Shown: in pieces, positions 37,677-47,391 of the stretch
Layout: each line of letters opens with the position of its first letter
Numbering within the stretch: position 1 is the first letter of the stretch
NCBI GenBank assembly: GCA_035289485.1
Contig: DATDXA010000029.1
Location: forward strand, 2,691 to 66,690
Direction: 5' to 3'
Length of the DNA stretch: 64,000 nt
DNA from: an archaeon
Lineage (GTDB): Archaea > Iainarchaeota > Iainarchaeia > Iainarchaeales > Iainarchaeaceae
The notes under the pieces: model-generated
What the model saw: only the letters and a program-made list of their open reading frames with translations
The model's database searches: none
Told to the model about the DNA's origin: nothing
Program-made: the position numbers and the translations under genes

Positions 37677-37811
37677 CCAACATTGAAATTATTTAAAGGA
37701 TAAGTCGATTTGTGACAATACGAGTTTTTAGACGGAAGTCCCTAAAAAATAGTTTTTAGACAACGCCAATGAAAACGAAGCGTTTATTAACATAAAATCC
37801 CAATTCTATCC

Positions 37812-38669
37812 ATGGATTACAAGTGGCTTGCAGTTCCGGCAATTCTTATTGTTGCCCTTGGGATTGCGCTTTTTCTAAACCAGCCAAAAATTGCGCCCGT
37901 GCAGGGCGTTGAGTACACCGATGTGAACGGCGATGAGTACTTGCCAGGGGACTATGTAACTCCTGAATTTGAGGGCATTGGGGATGTCAGGCCGGAGGGC
38001 GGCACGGATTCAGATTATGATTTTCCAACACTTGTTTCGGACTGTACAAATAGGCCAGGAGTGGAAAAGGACAGGTGCCTTTTGCTCTACTCCGTGATGA
38101 ATGAGGACGGCTCTGGATGCTCTGCAATGGATGACCAGATTTTGAAGGATGATTGCTTTGCAAAAGCTGCCGCGATAAATGGAAATGAATCGTTCTGCGG
38201 AGAAGTGGGTTTTGCAAAGCAGGAGTGCTATGTTGATGTTGCGATTGTGAAAAATGACGCATCGCTCTGTGAGAGCGGCCATCTTGCAAGGGACCGGTGC
38301 TTTGAGGCCGTGGCTGCGGGGGACATTTCGCTTTGCGCCAATACTGATGATATGAGCATCTGCGGGTTTGCGGTAACTGACAATAATTCCCTTGCATGTA
38401 GCAGCCTGCAGGTGCAGGACGGGTACTGCTATTACACGATTGCGAGGCAAACAAAAAACCCGGTCCTTTGTGAAAAGTCCAAGAATGCAAGAAGCACATG
38501 TTACTTTGGAATTGCACTTGAAACCAACAACGCCTCACTTTGTGAGAACCTAACAGATACCCGCGACAACTGCGTTGCATGGGTGGCATTCAACACAGGG
38601 GACATCCGGCTCTGCGAGCAGGCGGGAACGGAGAGGGAGAGCTGCATACAGGACATTCAGGAAGAGTAA
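37812..38669 (+). CDS. Membrane-anchored Cys-rich repeat protein (about nine 24-aa C-x8-C-x13 repeats).
   Basis: N-terminal signal anchor WLAVPAILIVALGIALFL. Repeats such as CENLTDTRDNCVAWVAFNTGDIRL, CEKSKNARSTCYFGIALETNNASL and CESGHLARDRCFEAVAAGDISL. Confidence 0.6.
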   Translation: MDYKWLAVPAILIVALGIALFLNQPKIAPVQGVEYTDVNGDEYLPGDYVTPEFEGIGDVRPEGGTDSDYDFPTLVSDCTNRPGVEKDRCLLLYSVMNEDGSGCSAMDDQILKDDCFAKAAAINGNESFCGEVGFAKQECYVDVAIVKNDASLCESGHLARDRCFEAVAAGDISLCANTDDMSICGFAVTDNNSLACSSLQVQDGYCYYTIARQTKNPVLCEKSKNARSTCYFGIALETNNASLCENLTDTRDNCVAWVAFNTGDIRLCEQAGTERESCIQDIQEE

Positions 38670-38719
38670 AAGGCAATTTTTCAGCTATATTTTTATACCT
38701 GCATGGCATTATTCTGTTT

Positions 38720-39457
38720 ATGAGCGGAGGCGCACATCACAAGCACCATGGCAAGGGGCATCACGGCAAGCCATTGCCAACTAGCGGATTTGGGATTTTA
38801 AAGCACGATCTCAAGCGCCACGCAAAAGAGGAGTGGTTTTCAAAGCAGGGCTATTACGGAGTGCAGTTCATTTTCGACATTGTAAACCCGTTTTTCTTTC
38901 TCAACAGGACCATAAACGCGTTTTCAGTTGCAAAAAGAAACAGGGGCCTTCTGAGGGCTCATGTGGAGAAAAGCCATGACCGGAGGTTCAAAGAGTTGCA
39001 AGCTGGGCTCATAAGGGGCATGAATCATATTCCCGAAATGCAGCACTTTTTCTTAACAGACCCGACTGGGCAACTTAGCAGGCTTTTTGCAAGCAACAAA
39101 AGGACAATGCAGGCAAGGCTTGAGAGGCTGAGGGGAAAGAAAAAATTCGATGTTGACGGGGAAGGCGCACTCGAGAAATACGGGATAAAGGATGCGCAGA
39201 GGCTTGATGAGGCGCAGATTGAAAAGTACCTCAAATTATTAGAACAGAGAGAGGAGGTGTTGGCAGAATATTCACTGCTCAAGAAAGATTTGCTTAAACT
39301 AACGCAGGAAGGCGAGGAAAAATTCGCGGAGAATTACGGGAAGTTCATCATGAAAGTGAACAAGCTCGCGAGCAGCCTCAATGATTCACAGGCACTTGTA
39401 CTGAGGGCTGAGGGCGAAGCGCGTGCAATTGACAGGGTTGGCTACGCCAACAAATGA
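38720..39457 (+). CDS. His-rich hypothetical protein with a coiled-coil C-terminus.
   Basis: N-terminus MSGGAHHKHHGKGHHGKPLP, then a helical K/E-rich region. The start is chosen at the first Met after the stop of the preceding gene. Confidence 0.5.
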   Translation: MSGGAHHKHHGKGHHGKPLPTSGFGILKHDLKRHAKEEWFSKQGYYGVQFIFDIVNPFFFLNRTINAFSVAKRNRGLLRAHVEKSHDRRFKELQAGLIRGMNHIPEMQHFFLTDPTGQLSRLFASNKRTMQARLERLRGKKKFDVDGEGALEKYGIKDAQRLDEAQIEKYLKLLEQREEVLAEYSLLKKDLLKLTQEGEEKFAENYGKFIMKVNKLASSLNDSQALVLRAEGEARAIDRVGYANK

Positions 39458-39508
39458 ACTCCGCACGAATGCAACAGCCTCGAGGCAACGGCGTCATATA
39501 TCATCTTT

Positions 39509-42500
39509 TCAGCGCTTCTTTGCATTGCGCCTTGTGTAAATGAATGAGCCCACAATCAGCGCTATGAAAAGCAATAGCAGCAGCCTCTCTTCCGGAAGCG
39601 AAGGCAAGTTCAAAAAGCTTGAATCCTTCTTGCCAAGGTCCACATTGAGCACATTTCCGGTTGCGGTTGCAGTGGTCTCCCCGTTTGGCTGCACCTTTGC
39701 CGCAATTCCCTCGCGGAACGCATCAATAAGCGGCAAGAGCTGCGCATTTTCGGCAAACCATAATCCCTTATCAGGGTCATAGTAGAATGAGCCGTTCTTG
39801 CCCTGCGCCGCGATGAGAACTTCCGGCTTATTCTCATCAAGCTGCACAATCGGCGCCCCGTCCTTGGTTGAGAATTTCACTTCGTGCGTCTGCCCATCAT
39901 TTGTGGTTATCTTAAAGCCGTCCGGCGTCTGTGAAATTGTTCCTGTGTAGTCGGTAACCTTGCCTGTGGCCTTGTCTATTACTCGCAGATGGTCCTCGCA
40001 CACTCCCTGCGCATTCTTCTCGGCCGAAATCACATAGCGCTGTGTGGGCGTTTCAAACACTGTGAACGGGCCCTGGTGCTGCAGCGCCTTATTGAACTTG
40101 TCAACTTTTGCGGCCTGCAAATCCGAACCAAGGTCTGGCAGCACTTCAAAGTTCACAACAGGGTCTGCACAACCGGTTTCGGGGTTTGCCGCCCTTTCCA
40201 AATCCGTTTTGAGGCCCTTTGCAAGTTCCTTGCTAAGGATTCCATCCTCGTGGTGCTTTAGCCAGGCAAGGAAGCACCCATTTGGCTTTACAATAATCAC
40301 TCCGTTAGCAAACTGCAGGCTCTCAAGCTTTCCTACCGAAGTCTCGCCATCATTGGAGCTTGAGAGGTTCACGTCCTTGTTTGCGAGCACTGTAACGGTG
40401 GCATTCTTGCCTTCCGCAACCTTTCTTGGAACTCCCTCCGCCTGTATCTTGTCGCCAAGAGGCCTGATGTTTGGGTGAGTGGTGGTCACAATCGCCTCAA
40501 GCTTTCCGAACGCGTCATTGAGCTTTTCTGAATCAAGCGTAAGCCCTGTCTGCTCAATAACGCCTTTCTTGATGCAGTCAAGAAGTTCCTTGTTAACCAC
40601 GCGCACTTCTCCTTGCGCATTTATTTCAAATGCCTTTTCGGTTGTGTTCTCAAGGCAGGTTTCAGTAAGGGTATTTGGAATTTCTATAAAGGGGCCGTTT
40701 AGGTTTGTTGTTGCAAGCCTCACATTGTCCGGAGTCTGAACTATCGGAGAGCCATTTAGTGTAATCTCCCCCTTTGCAAAATCAATGCCAACATCAAGGC
40801 CATTTACGCCCCTAATCTCTTCGCTTCCCGATTGCTTGTATGATGCGGGGGTCATTTCACATCCCTTGCCGCACCAGAAGTAGAATAGTGAAGTTGAATC
40901 AAGCTGGCCGCTGTTGAGCCCTTCAAGGCGCAGTGTTGCCTGCACCAAGTTGTTCTCTTTTGAATCCTTCTGGAACCTGTCAAGTTCATCTCCGAGCTTT
41001 TGCGCGGCGTCCTTTGTGAGGCTGTCTTTGTCGCTCTGGAACGTGTCAACAAAGCTTGACTTGAACCTCTGCACCAAATTGGAAACCTTTTCGGTTGATA
41101 TTTCAGTGGAGTTGGTTTTTTTATCCTCTTTCTTCAGCACGGGAACAAAGTAGTGAACGTAATACCCCTCATCAACATCGATGCAGTCCTGCAATTGCGG
41201 CACAACTACTATTTGTATTGTCGCGGTTGCGAAAATTCCGGCCCAGAAAAATGTCCCGTAAGTGATTGATTCAAGGCCTCCGAGCACTGCGCCAATTCTT
41301 CCCTTTTCCTTGAGCTTATCAGGAATAATTTTGCCAAGGCTTATGCCGTAGAGGTTTAGCTGGTCTAGGGCATCTGAGCATGTTTTTTTATCGTTGATTG
41401 CATCGGCAAGGTTTATTGGCTCTCCCTTCTCATTCCCGCTCTGGCCAATTAGGTTTGTGTGCGCGGCAAACATTATAAGTGTCTGGCCCTTATCCCTTGC
41501 CGCCTGGCTTACTGTATCTTCCAGTATATATGAAACAAGCTTTTGGTTTTCTGTAAAGAAGAATGGCCTGAAGCGCGTGAGATCGTCCGAGCGCAATGTA
41601 AGAGAGCAATTCGCGCAGTCCTCGGGGCCTGTCAGGTAGAACGCGAGGTTTTCTGTTTCATTGCGCAGCTCATTTTTGGTGAGCGCATCGTAGAGGTTTT
41701 TTACAGGATTGTATTTTTCCGAAAGCTCATCTAGCACGAGTTTCCACGGGAGCTTGTTGATTACCTGAACGAACAAATCCCCCTGGTCCGAGCCTTCGTT
41801 TGCGAAGAAATCGAGGTATGCGTAATCGTATATGTTTTGCGCGCCTGTTGTGAAGCTTAGCCTGTGCCATGTTTCAGGAAGCTGGTATTGGCTTATTCCT
41901 TCTATTCCGAACCCTTTCTTTGCCCACCAGTACCCGAACGGTAGCGCGGTCCATTTAGCGCCGCCCTTTACAGTAAAGTAGCTGCGTATGAGTTCATTTT
42001 CCTGCGCGGTGAGCTTATCAAGTGCGCTCCAGTACCTGCGCGAAACCCAGTTCTGCTCGCGCAGCGCATCAAGTGTTTGCTCTATGTTTATGTGCCCGAA
42101 CTTCATGTTCGCGTTCACTCCCGTTCTTCCGCTGTCTATTCTCGCAATGACATCTTCTGGGGTAATTTCGCCCCACTCTTTCCAGCCGCCGTATTTGACG
42201 CTTGTGACATTGGAAGTTAACCTGTTTTGGATGTACTCAGCAGAGCCGGCATTGTAAGGGATGTAATTGCCGTACTGGTCTGGGATGAATGCGTCCGCGG
42301 AGTTTTTCGCTGCGGCCTTTACATTGCTGTATGAAACACCGGGGCCTGCCTTGGCTGTTGCTTCATCGAATGAATATAGAACAAGCTTGTCTCCTCTTGT
42401 TTCAAACACCTGCCCGTATTCTGCTAATTTATTTGGGAATGTTGAAAAGCCGCCGTGTGGGTCATCCTTTAACTGCTTTAGAATCCTCTGAAGGTTCCTG

Positions 42501-44053
42501 TGATCCTGGAACAAGTTGACGACTTCGCCCTGCCCATCGGGGGTAACAATTTTGACACCCTTATCGTAAAATCCGGCGTTCGGGTATCTTGCGACCCATT
42601 CGATGTAATCCGCTCCGAGATTGGATTCGTCGTAGACATCATCCATCATCCTAATCATTTCCTGCCCGTACTCGCGGTATTTCTGGCGCACAACAGGGTC
42701 TTCGAAGACGTTTGCAACGCCGCGTATCTTCGCCGCCTTTTCAGCGTCCTGGAACGCGCCCTGCGCGCCCTTGACCCTTGCATACCCTCCCCTTAGCACG
42801 GAGCGCATGTCCTCAAGAAGCCTTATGAATTCGCCGCGCTCTTCAAGGGATTTCATCTTGGTGAGAAACCCGTCGTGCCCGAGCGCTTCACCAAGCAAAT
42901 CCTGGTATTCCTCGGTTTTGAATAAGTAGTACCCTGTTCCGTCAGATTTTCCGCCGACAACTTTTTGCCACCACTCGCGCCATCCGGGGTATTTGTCAAG
43001 GCGGGTTTTGATTCGGTTTGTTAGGATTTTTCCATAAGGTGAGTCATTTGTGATGTACTGCGCCCTGAACTTGTCAGCGAACTCCTGATAGCCATCCCTC
43101 ACTCCTGAAAAGAACCCCCTTCTTCCGCTCCAGCCGAAAAGTTTTTTTGTGTGGTAGAGAAGGCTTGGGCCGAACGCACTCACAACCATTTCAGAAGACA
43201 TCCAGGAGTTGAAATATTTGTCAAAAAGTGAGTAGGTGCTTATCACGCACGAGGAGTTGTTGCAGTTTGTTTCCAGTTTTGCGCTGAACGAATCTGAGAG
43301 AATGGAATTGGAAATGAGTTGCTTTTCAAGCCTTGCCGCGGTTTTTACCTGCGCATCTTCGGGCTCTTTTGCAACGAGCGCATTTTTTAGCACCTCATTT
43401 TCCGCGGCGCTGAACTTGTTAGTGTCCTCTTTTGTGAAAACTTCCTGTATGGGCTTTAGGTCTGCCACAATTCCCGCGCCGGAATTTCGGTACTTGAGAT
43501 TGGGGCCTGTCAGGCCGCACTCGGATGAGCTCATGCTCTCGCATCTTCCCGCGCGCAGCGAATCATCAAGCACCACTCCAAGTGAGAACGGCCCCTTTAT
43601 TGAATTATTCAGGAACTGCGAAATTTCCCATGGCTTGAATTTGAGCGAAGGGACTTCGCCCTTCACCGCGACATTTTCATCGCCGGGTTTTGTGAGAACT
43701 ATTGTATTCGCATCGAGCTTTTCGCGGTCTGTGTCTTTTGAAGTCTGCCCCGCGATTTCATTTCCGGTAAAGCCCTTTTTCAAAAGGTCAATTAGGTTTT
43801 GTGTTTCATTTCCGGGGAGCTGCGATGAGGCGCACATGAACTCATTTACTTGCGGCACGCCCTGCGTAGCTGAAGTTGTTTGCACTCCAGTACCTGTCTC
43901 GCGCGCAGCGGTTTGCTCCGGAGTTTCAATAAGAGTGCGCGGATCCTGTGCAGATGGAGGGTCGGCAAAATCAGCAAGCAGCGGGTTTGAAGCGAACGCC
44001 AGAGCTGGGAAAAACATCATGTAAATGAGGAAAAGAGCGTAAACCTGCCGCAT
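39509..44053 (-). CDS. Giant surface protein (1514 aa) with an N-terminal signal peptide and a C-terminal transmembrane anchor.
   Basis: Start at MRQVYALFLIYMMFFPALAFASNP. The C-terminus is LLLLLFIALIVGSFIYTRRNAKKR. The intervening ~1450 aa have no recognised domain. The gene is adjacent to pilus locus 2. Confidence 0.7.
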   Translation of the reverse strand: MRQVYALFLIYMMFFPALAFASNPLLADFADPPSAQDPRTLIETPEQTAARETGTGVQTTSATQGVPQVNEFMCASSQLPGNETQNLIDLLKKGFTGNEIAGQTSKDTDREKLDANTIVLTKPGDENVAVKGEVPSLKFKPWEISQFLNNSIKGPFSLGVVLDDSLRAGRCESMSSSECGLTGPNLKYRNSGAGIVADLKPIQEVFTKEDTNKFSAAENEVLKNALVAKEPEDAQVKTAARLEKQLISNSILSDSFSAKLETNCNNSSCVISTYSLFDKYFNSWMSSEMVVSAFGPSLLYHTKKLFGWSGRRGFFSGVRDGYQEFADKFRAQYITNDSPYGKILTNRIKTRLDKYPGWREWWQKVVGGKSDGTGYYLFKTEEYQDLLGEALGHDGFLTKMKSLEERGEFIRLLEDMRSVLRGGYARVKGAQGAFQDAEKAAKIRGVANVFEDPVVRQKYREYGQEMIRMMDDVYDESNLGADYIEWVARYPNAGFYDKGVKIVTPDGQGEVVNLFQDHRNLQRILKQLKDDPHGGFSTFPNKLAEYGQVFETRGDKLVLYSFDEATAKAGPGVSYSNVKAAAKNSADAFIPDQYGNYIPYNAGSAEYIQNRLTSNVTSVKYGGWKEWGEITPEDVIARIDSGRTGVNANMKFGHINIEQTLDALREQNWVSRRYWSALDKLTAQENELIRSYFTVKGGAKWTALPFGYWWAKKGFGIEGISQYQLPETWHRLSFTTGAQNIYDYAYLDFFANEGSDQGDLFVQVINKLPWKLVLDELSEKYNPVKNLYDALTKNELRNETENLAFYLTGPEDCANCSLTLRSDDLTRFRPFFFTENQKLVSYILEDTVSQAARDKGQTLIMFAAHTNLIGQSGNEKGEPINLADAINDKKTCSDALDQLNLYGISLGKIIPDKLKEKGRIGAVLGGLESITYGTFFWAGIFATATIQIVVVPQLQDCIDVDEGYYVHYFVPVLKKEDKKTNSTEISTEKVSNLVQRFKSSFVDTFQSDKDSLTKDAAQKLGDELDRFQKDSKENNLVQATLRLEGLNSGQLDSTSLFYFWCGKGCEMTPASYKQSGSEEIRGVNGLDVGIDFAKGEITLNGSPIVQTPDNVRLATTNLNGPFIEIPNTLTETCLENTTEKAFEINAQGEVRVVNKELLDCIKKGVIEQTGLTLDSEKLNDAFGKLEAIVTTTHPNIRPLGDKIQAEGVPRKVAEGKNATVTVLANKDVNLSSSNDGETSVGKLESLQFANGVIIVKPNGCFLAWLKHHEDGILSKELAKGLKTDLERAANPETGCADPVVNFEVLPDLGSDLQAAKVDKFNKALQHQGPFTVFETPTQRYVISAEKNAQGVCEDHLRVIDKATGKVTDYTGTISQTPDGFKITTNDGQTHEVKFSTKDGAPIVQLDENKPEVLIAAQGKNGSFYYDPDKGLWFAENAQLLPLIDAFREGIAAKVQPNGETTATATGNVLNVDLGKKDSSFLNLPSLPEERLLLLLFIALIVGSFIYTRRNAKKR

Positions 44054-44179
44054 TGGACCAGCCCGTGAATACAGTAATTTATTACAATTAATAAGGTACG
44101 TTTTGGCATATTTATTTATATGCCCGAAAGAAAAAAGCCCGAAAATATGTTCTAAATTTCTCAAGGCAAGAGAGATTTT

Positions 44180-44713
44180 CTATCCAAAGTAAATGAAGAA
44201 AAGAATGCCCGTGACAGCTTCTGGGATTATGAAAAGCACTATTGCGGCGGAAATTACCGAAGCAATGTAGGAGGCAATGAAAAGATTCACGAGCTTGTTT
44301 GCTTTCCTGCGCTTTTTCATGACCCACTCGAATATGAAGGCGCCTATTAGCTCAAATGGCATTAGCACAAGTGAAACCACCGCAGCGGAAACCGAAACTT
44401 TCACAAGGCCGAAAATGTATGATGCAAGAACGTCCCCGGCAGACGGCGCGAACATGGCGGGAATCTCCCCGATTCCGCTTTCATTAAGGGCGAGCAGGAA
44501 CGGGAGAAAATAGAGAAGTAAGATGCCGGTCCAAACAAGGGCAAATGTTGCGGCAAGGGCACTGAAAAGCCAGGTCCACTTGGTTTTGGCCTGTATTCTC
44601 TCACGCAGCCACTTGCCAATAACGATTAGTATGAAAAGAGGGATGGCAATCACTATGGAGCCCTTGAGCAGGTCAAGCAAGGAAAAGAGCAGCAGTTCTA
44701 GCGGGTTTGCCAT
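44180..44713 (-). CDS. Hypothetical polytopic membrane protein (177 aa).
   Basis: 4-5 hydrophobic helices. No motif. Confidence 0.5.
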   Translation of the reverse strand: MANPLELLLFSLLDLLKGSIVIAIPLFILIVIGKWLRERIQAKTKWTWLFSALAATFALVWTGILLLYFLPFLLALNESGIGEIPAMFAPSAGDVLASYIFGLVKVSVSAAVVSLVLMPFELIGAFIFEWVMKKRRKANKLVNLFIASYIASVISAAIVLFIIPEAVTGILFFIYFG

Positions 44714-44758
44714 CTAAACATTAGTTTATTTAACTACTATAAATATCTGTAGTTTACC

Positions 44759-46639
44759 ATGGTTGTCTTTGCTAATGTCGTTGATGCCGCAATTGTCGCA
44801 TATCTTGTTTTTGGCGCCGGGACTTGGGGCTACATTTTCCTGCGTACCGGCTGGCCAAATATCCGGCAGCTTGAGCAAAGTTACAAGAAGGGCTGGAGCA
44901 TTGCATTTGGAATTTCGTTTGCCGCAACCATGGCGGTGATTGTGGGGGCCGCGGCATATTTCATGCCGCAATACGGGAGCGTCACAGAGCTGGTTTTGGT
45001 CGGGTCTCCGGCGGTTTTCATCTCAGGGATAATCGTGTTTTCATTCAAGAGAAGATTCCTGCGCAGGCACGGCCTCACGGTTTCGGTGCCGAAAAGGGTT
45101 GTTGTCGCAAGCATTGCTGCAAGGCGCGCAATGGAGCGCATACCAACCGCAATGTATGTAAGCGCGGGCCAGCTCGCGCTTGCGGGTGATTCTGTTTCAT
45201 TGGACGAAGACGGAGGAATACAGTTCGAGACGCGGCAGACGCGCGCCGCAGCGCAGAAAAAAGGCGCGGGCATGAAGGCGCATGATTTGGAATCCCACAA
45301 GATTGAAGAGCCGACGACGCGAATGATAGAAACGGAAAAAATGTTTGTTGAGGAGCGCTCTGCTCCCCGCGCCAGAGCGCCGCCCGCACAGGCGAAGGCC
45401 GCAAGGGGCAGCACGGAAAAAGAAATCAGCCCGCTGCAGGAGCGGCCGCGCGAGGGCGCGCAGGCTTTAGGCACAGGGAACAAAGAGTGGGCAAAACCCG
45501 GGGCGCAAACAAAACCCCTGAGCGCAAGGCAGATGCATCCCGCGGAGAAGCGCTCATTCTTTGCGGGATTTTTTGGCCAGAAGAAAAAGCCCGCGCAGGC
45601 ACCTGTGCAGCCATCGCCCGCTGCAAAGCCAATTCCGGCCGCATCTGCAAAGCCGTTGCCGGCTGCAGCGAAAGCTTATGTGCCGACACGCGCTGAAATA
45701 GAGGATGCGAAAAAAAGCATAACCGAAGCCGAGAGGGAAATGGAAATAATAGGGCGCAGGATCACGCTCAAAGAGCTCGCGCTTGCAGAAAGGGAGGCCG
45801 AGGAAATAAGGCGCGAACTTGAGGCGCATGATGCGGCAAGGGCAAAGGCGGCCGCAGTGGGAGCGGCAGCGAAAAAGGCCGCGCCCGCTGGCGGCGGAAT
45901 TTTTTCCTCGTTTGGAAAATTGTTCTCCAAAAAAAGCGCGGCGGAACCGTTGCCAGCGAAAGTTCGGCCAGCTGGCACAGTGCACGGAGAGCAGCCTGCG
46001 GCTAAGCCTGCGCAGAATTTGCCGGCAGTAATTGTAAAGCAAAAGCCAAGTGATGCCCAAAATGCAAAGGCCGGCACTGCTGGCACTGCAAAAGGGCCCG
46101 GAAAAGGATGGGAGGGGCAAAAAGTGCTTGCGCCGCAAAAGCCGCCCCAAAAGGAGCCTCTTGGGCAGCGCCCTGCATCTGACCAGTTTGAGGTCAAAGG
46201 CGGCATGGATGAGCAGAGAATGGAGAGGCTAAGGCGCAGGCTTGCAGAGATTGAGGCCCAGAAGGCCACGGCGCAGCGGAGCGGTTTTGGCGGCGCGATG
46301 GATGCGCCAAGGCGCATAAGCGAAAGCTTCCGGCAGGACATGGGCGGAACGCGGGCAAGAAAGTCCACAGAGAACATACTCAGGATTCTTGAGAAAAAAT
46401 CCGCGGAAAAGACCGGGCAGGTCATTTCTGGCGAACAGGCAAGGCGCGAGGCGGAGTCCTCAAAGGAGTTCATAATGGAGAGCGTGAGGGAGGCTAGCTT
46501 TGAGGAAGGGGCGCAGGCGCAGCCCGCTGCGATGACGCAGGAGATTGAGAGGCGCAGGGCTGAAATGGTTCATGCAGAAGAGGCATTGCCAAAATCCGCG
46601 TTGCTGCTAAAAAAGCTTTTGAAAGAGGAAAGTGATTGA
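44759..46639 (+). CDS. Membrane protein with 3 N-terminal TM helices and a ~500-aa Ala/Lys/Pro/Glu-rich disordered region.
   Basis: N-terminal helices (AIVAYLVFGAGTWGYIFL, IAFGISFAATMAVIVGAAAYF, LVLVGSPAVFISGIIVFSF), then low-complexity charged sequence. The local GC is high, so the many overlapping ORFs here are artefacts. Confidence 0.55.
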   Translation: MVVFANVVDAAIVAYLVFGAGTWGYIFLRTGWPNIRQLEQSYKKGWSIAFGISFAATMAVIVGAAAYFMPQYGSVTELVLVGSPAVFISGIIVFSFKRRFLRRHGLTVSVPKRVVVASIAARRAMERIPTAMYVSAGQLALAGDSVSLDEDGGIQFETRQTRAAAQKKGAGMKAHDLESHKIEEPTTRMIETEKMFVEERSAPRARAPPAQAKAARGSTEKEISPLQERPREGAQALGTGNKEWAKPGAQTKPLSARQMHPAEKRSFFAGFFGQKKKPAQAPVQPSPAAKPIPAASAKPLPAAAKAYVPTRAEIEDAKKSITEAEREMEIIGRRITLKELALAEREAEEIRRELEAHDAARAKAAAVGAAAKKAAPAGGGIFSSFGKLFSKKSAAEPLPAKVRPAGTVHGEQPAAKPAQNLPAVIVKQKPSDAQNAKAGTAGTAKGPGKGWEGQKVLAPQKPPQKEPLGQRPASDQFEVKGGMDEQRMERLRRRLAEIEAQKATAQRSGFGGAMDAPRRISESFRQDMGGTRARKSTENILRILEKKSAEKTGQVISGEQARREAESSKEFIMESVREASFEEGAQAQPAAMTQEIERRRAEMVHAEEALPKSALLLKKLLKEESD

Positions 46640-47391
46640 AAATGGATGAAGAGGTACCAAGGAGAATGAGGAGATTTTACAGGGGCGAGAAGCCAACAGA
46701 GGAGGAGGTTAAGCACGAGAGCGCGCAGATTGCGATAAGCGAGGTTGACAGGTTCAGGGAAACCCAGGGCAGATACCCCGCAAGAAACGAGCTTGACGAG
46801 ATAAGCCAGAACGTCTTTGACCAGCTCAAAAGGGAGCTCGCCATTGCAGATGCGGAGGAGAAGGAGAAATCCACGGCGCAGGAAAAATGGGCAAAGCAGG
46901 CAAAAGACGGGAAAAGCTTTTTGGAGCTGCGCAGGCAAAAGCATGTGGCCGCGAAGACAGAGGAAAAAGCGGCGAAAGGCACTGCAAACGGGAAGAAGAA
47001 AATAACGGAGGAAGAGGAAACCCCAATTGGCGGGCCGGAAGAATATGGCGAGGAAGCCGAAGGCCAAGAGCCAAGCGGCGAAATGGAAGTTGATTCGGAA
47101 GAAATTTCCGATGATAAGAATGTGCAAAAGCTCGCGGAGATGGATGAGGTCTCAGGCCTTGAAAAGGAGCTCTCGGACGATGACTCTGACCTTGTTGAGA
47201 GGAAAATCGATTCAGATTTGAACGTGTGCCCAAGGTGCGGCAATCGGGCGGACGAACTTATCTATTGCCCAAGCTGCGGCGAGGCTTTCTGCGACCACTG
47301 CGCAAAGGCCGTTGAGGCGCAGGGAGACTCGGTAAAATACACATGCCCAAAGTGCATGAACGTGTTCAAAAAATCTAAGTCGAGGATGTAG
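46636..47391 (+). CDS. Acidic coiled-coil protein with a C-terminal double zinc-ribbon.
   Basis: The C-terminus CPRCGNRADELIYCPSCGEAFCDHCAKAV...YTCPKCM supplies 8 Cys. ATGA overlap with the upstream gene. Confidence 0.55.
   Translation: MKMDEEVPRRMRRFYRGEKPTEEEVKHESAQIAISEVDRFRETQGRYPARNELDEISQNVFDQLKRELAIADAEEKEKSTAQEKWAKQAKDGKSFLELRRQKHVAAKTEEKAAKGTANGKKKITEEEETPIGGPEEYGEEAEGQEPSGEMEVDSEEISDDKNVQKLAEMDEVSGLEKELSDDDSDLVERKIDSDLNVCPRCGNRADELIYCPSCGEAFCDHCAKAVEAQGDSVKYTCPKCMNVFKKSKSRM

Noticed and set aside
39540-44024. Several plus-strand ORFs (for example 43236-44024 at 262 aa, 40044-40478) inside the giant minus-strand gene.
   Set aside because: They are antisense to the 1514-aa CDS, which has a clear signal peptide and C-terminal anchor.
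45075-46473. Multiple overlapping ORFs on both strands (for example 45676-46473 minus, 45554-46150 minus).
   Set aside because: These are artefacts of a high-GC region. The plus-strand 626-aa TM-plus-disordered protein, which has N-terminal helices and ATGA coupling to the next gene, is the supported reading.
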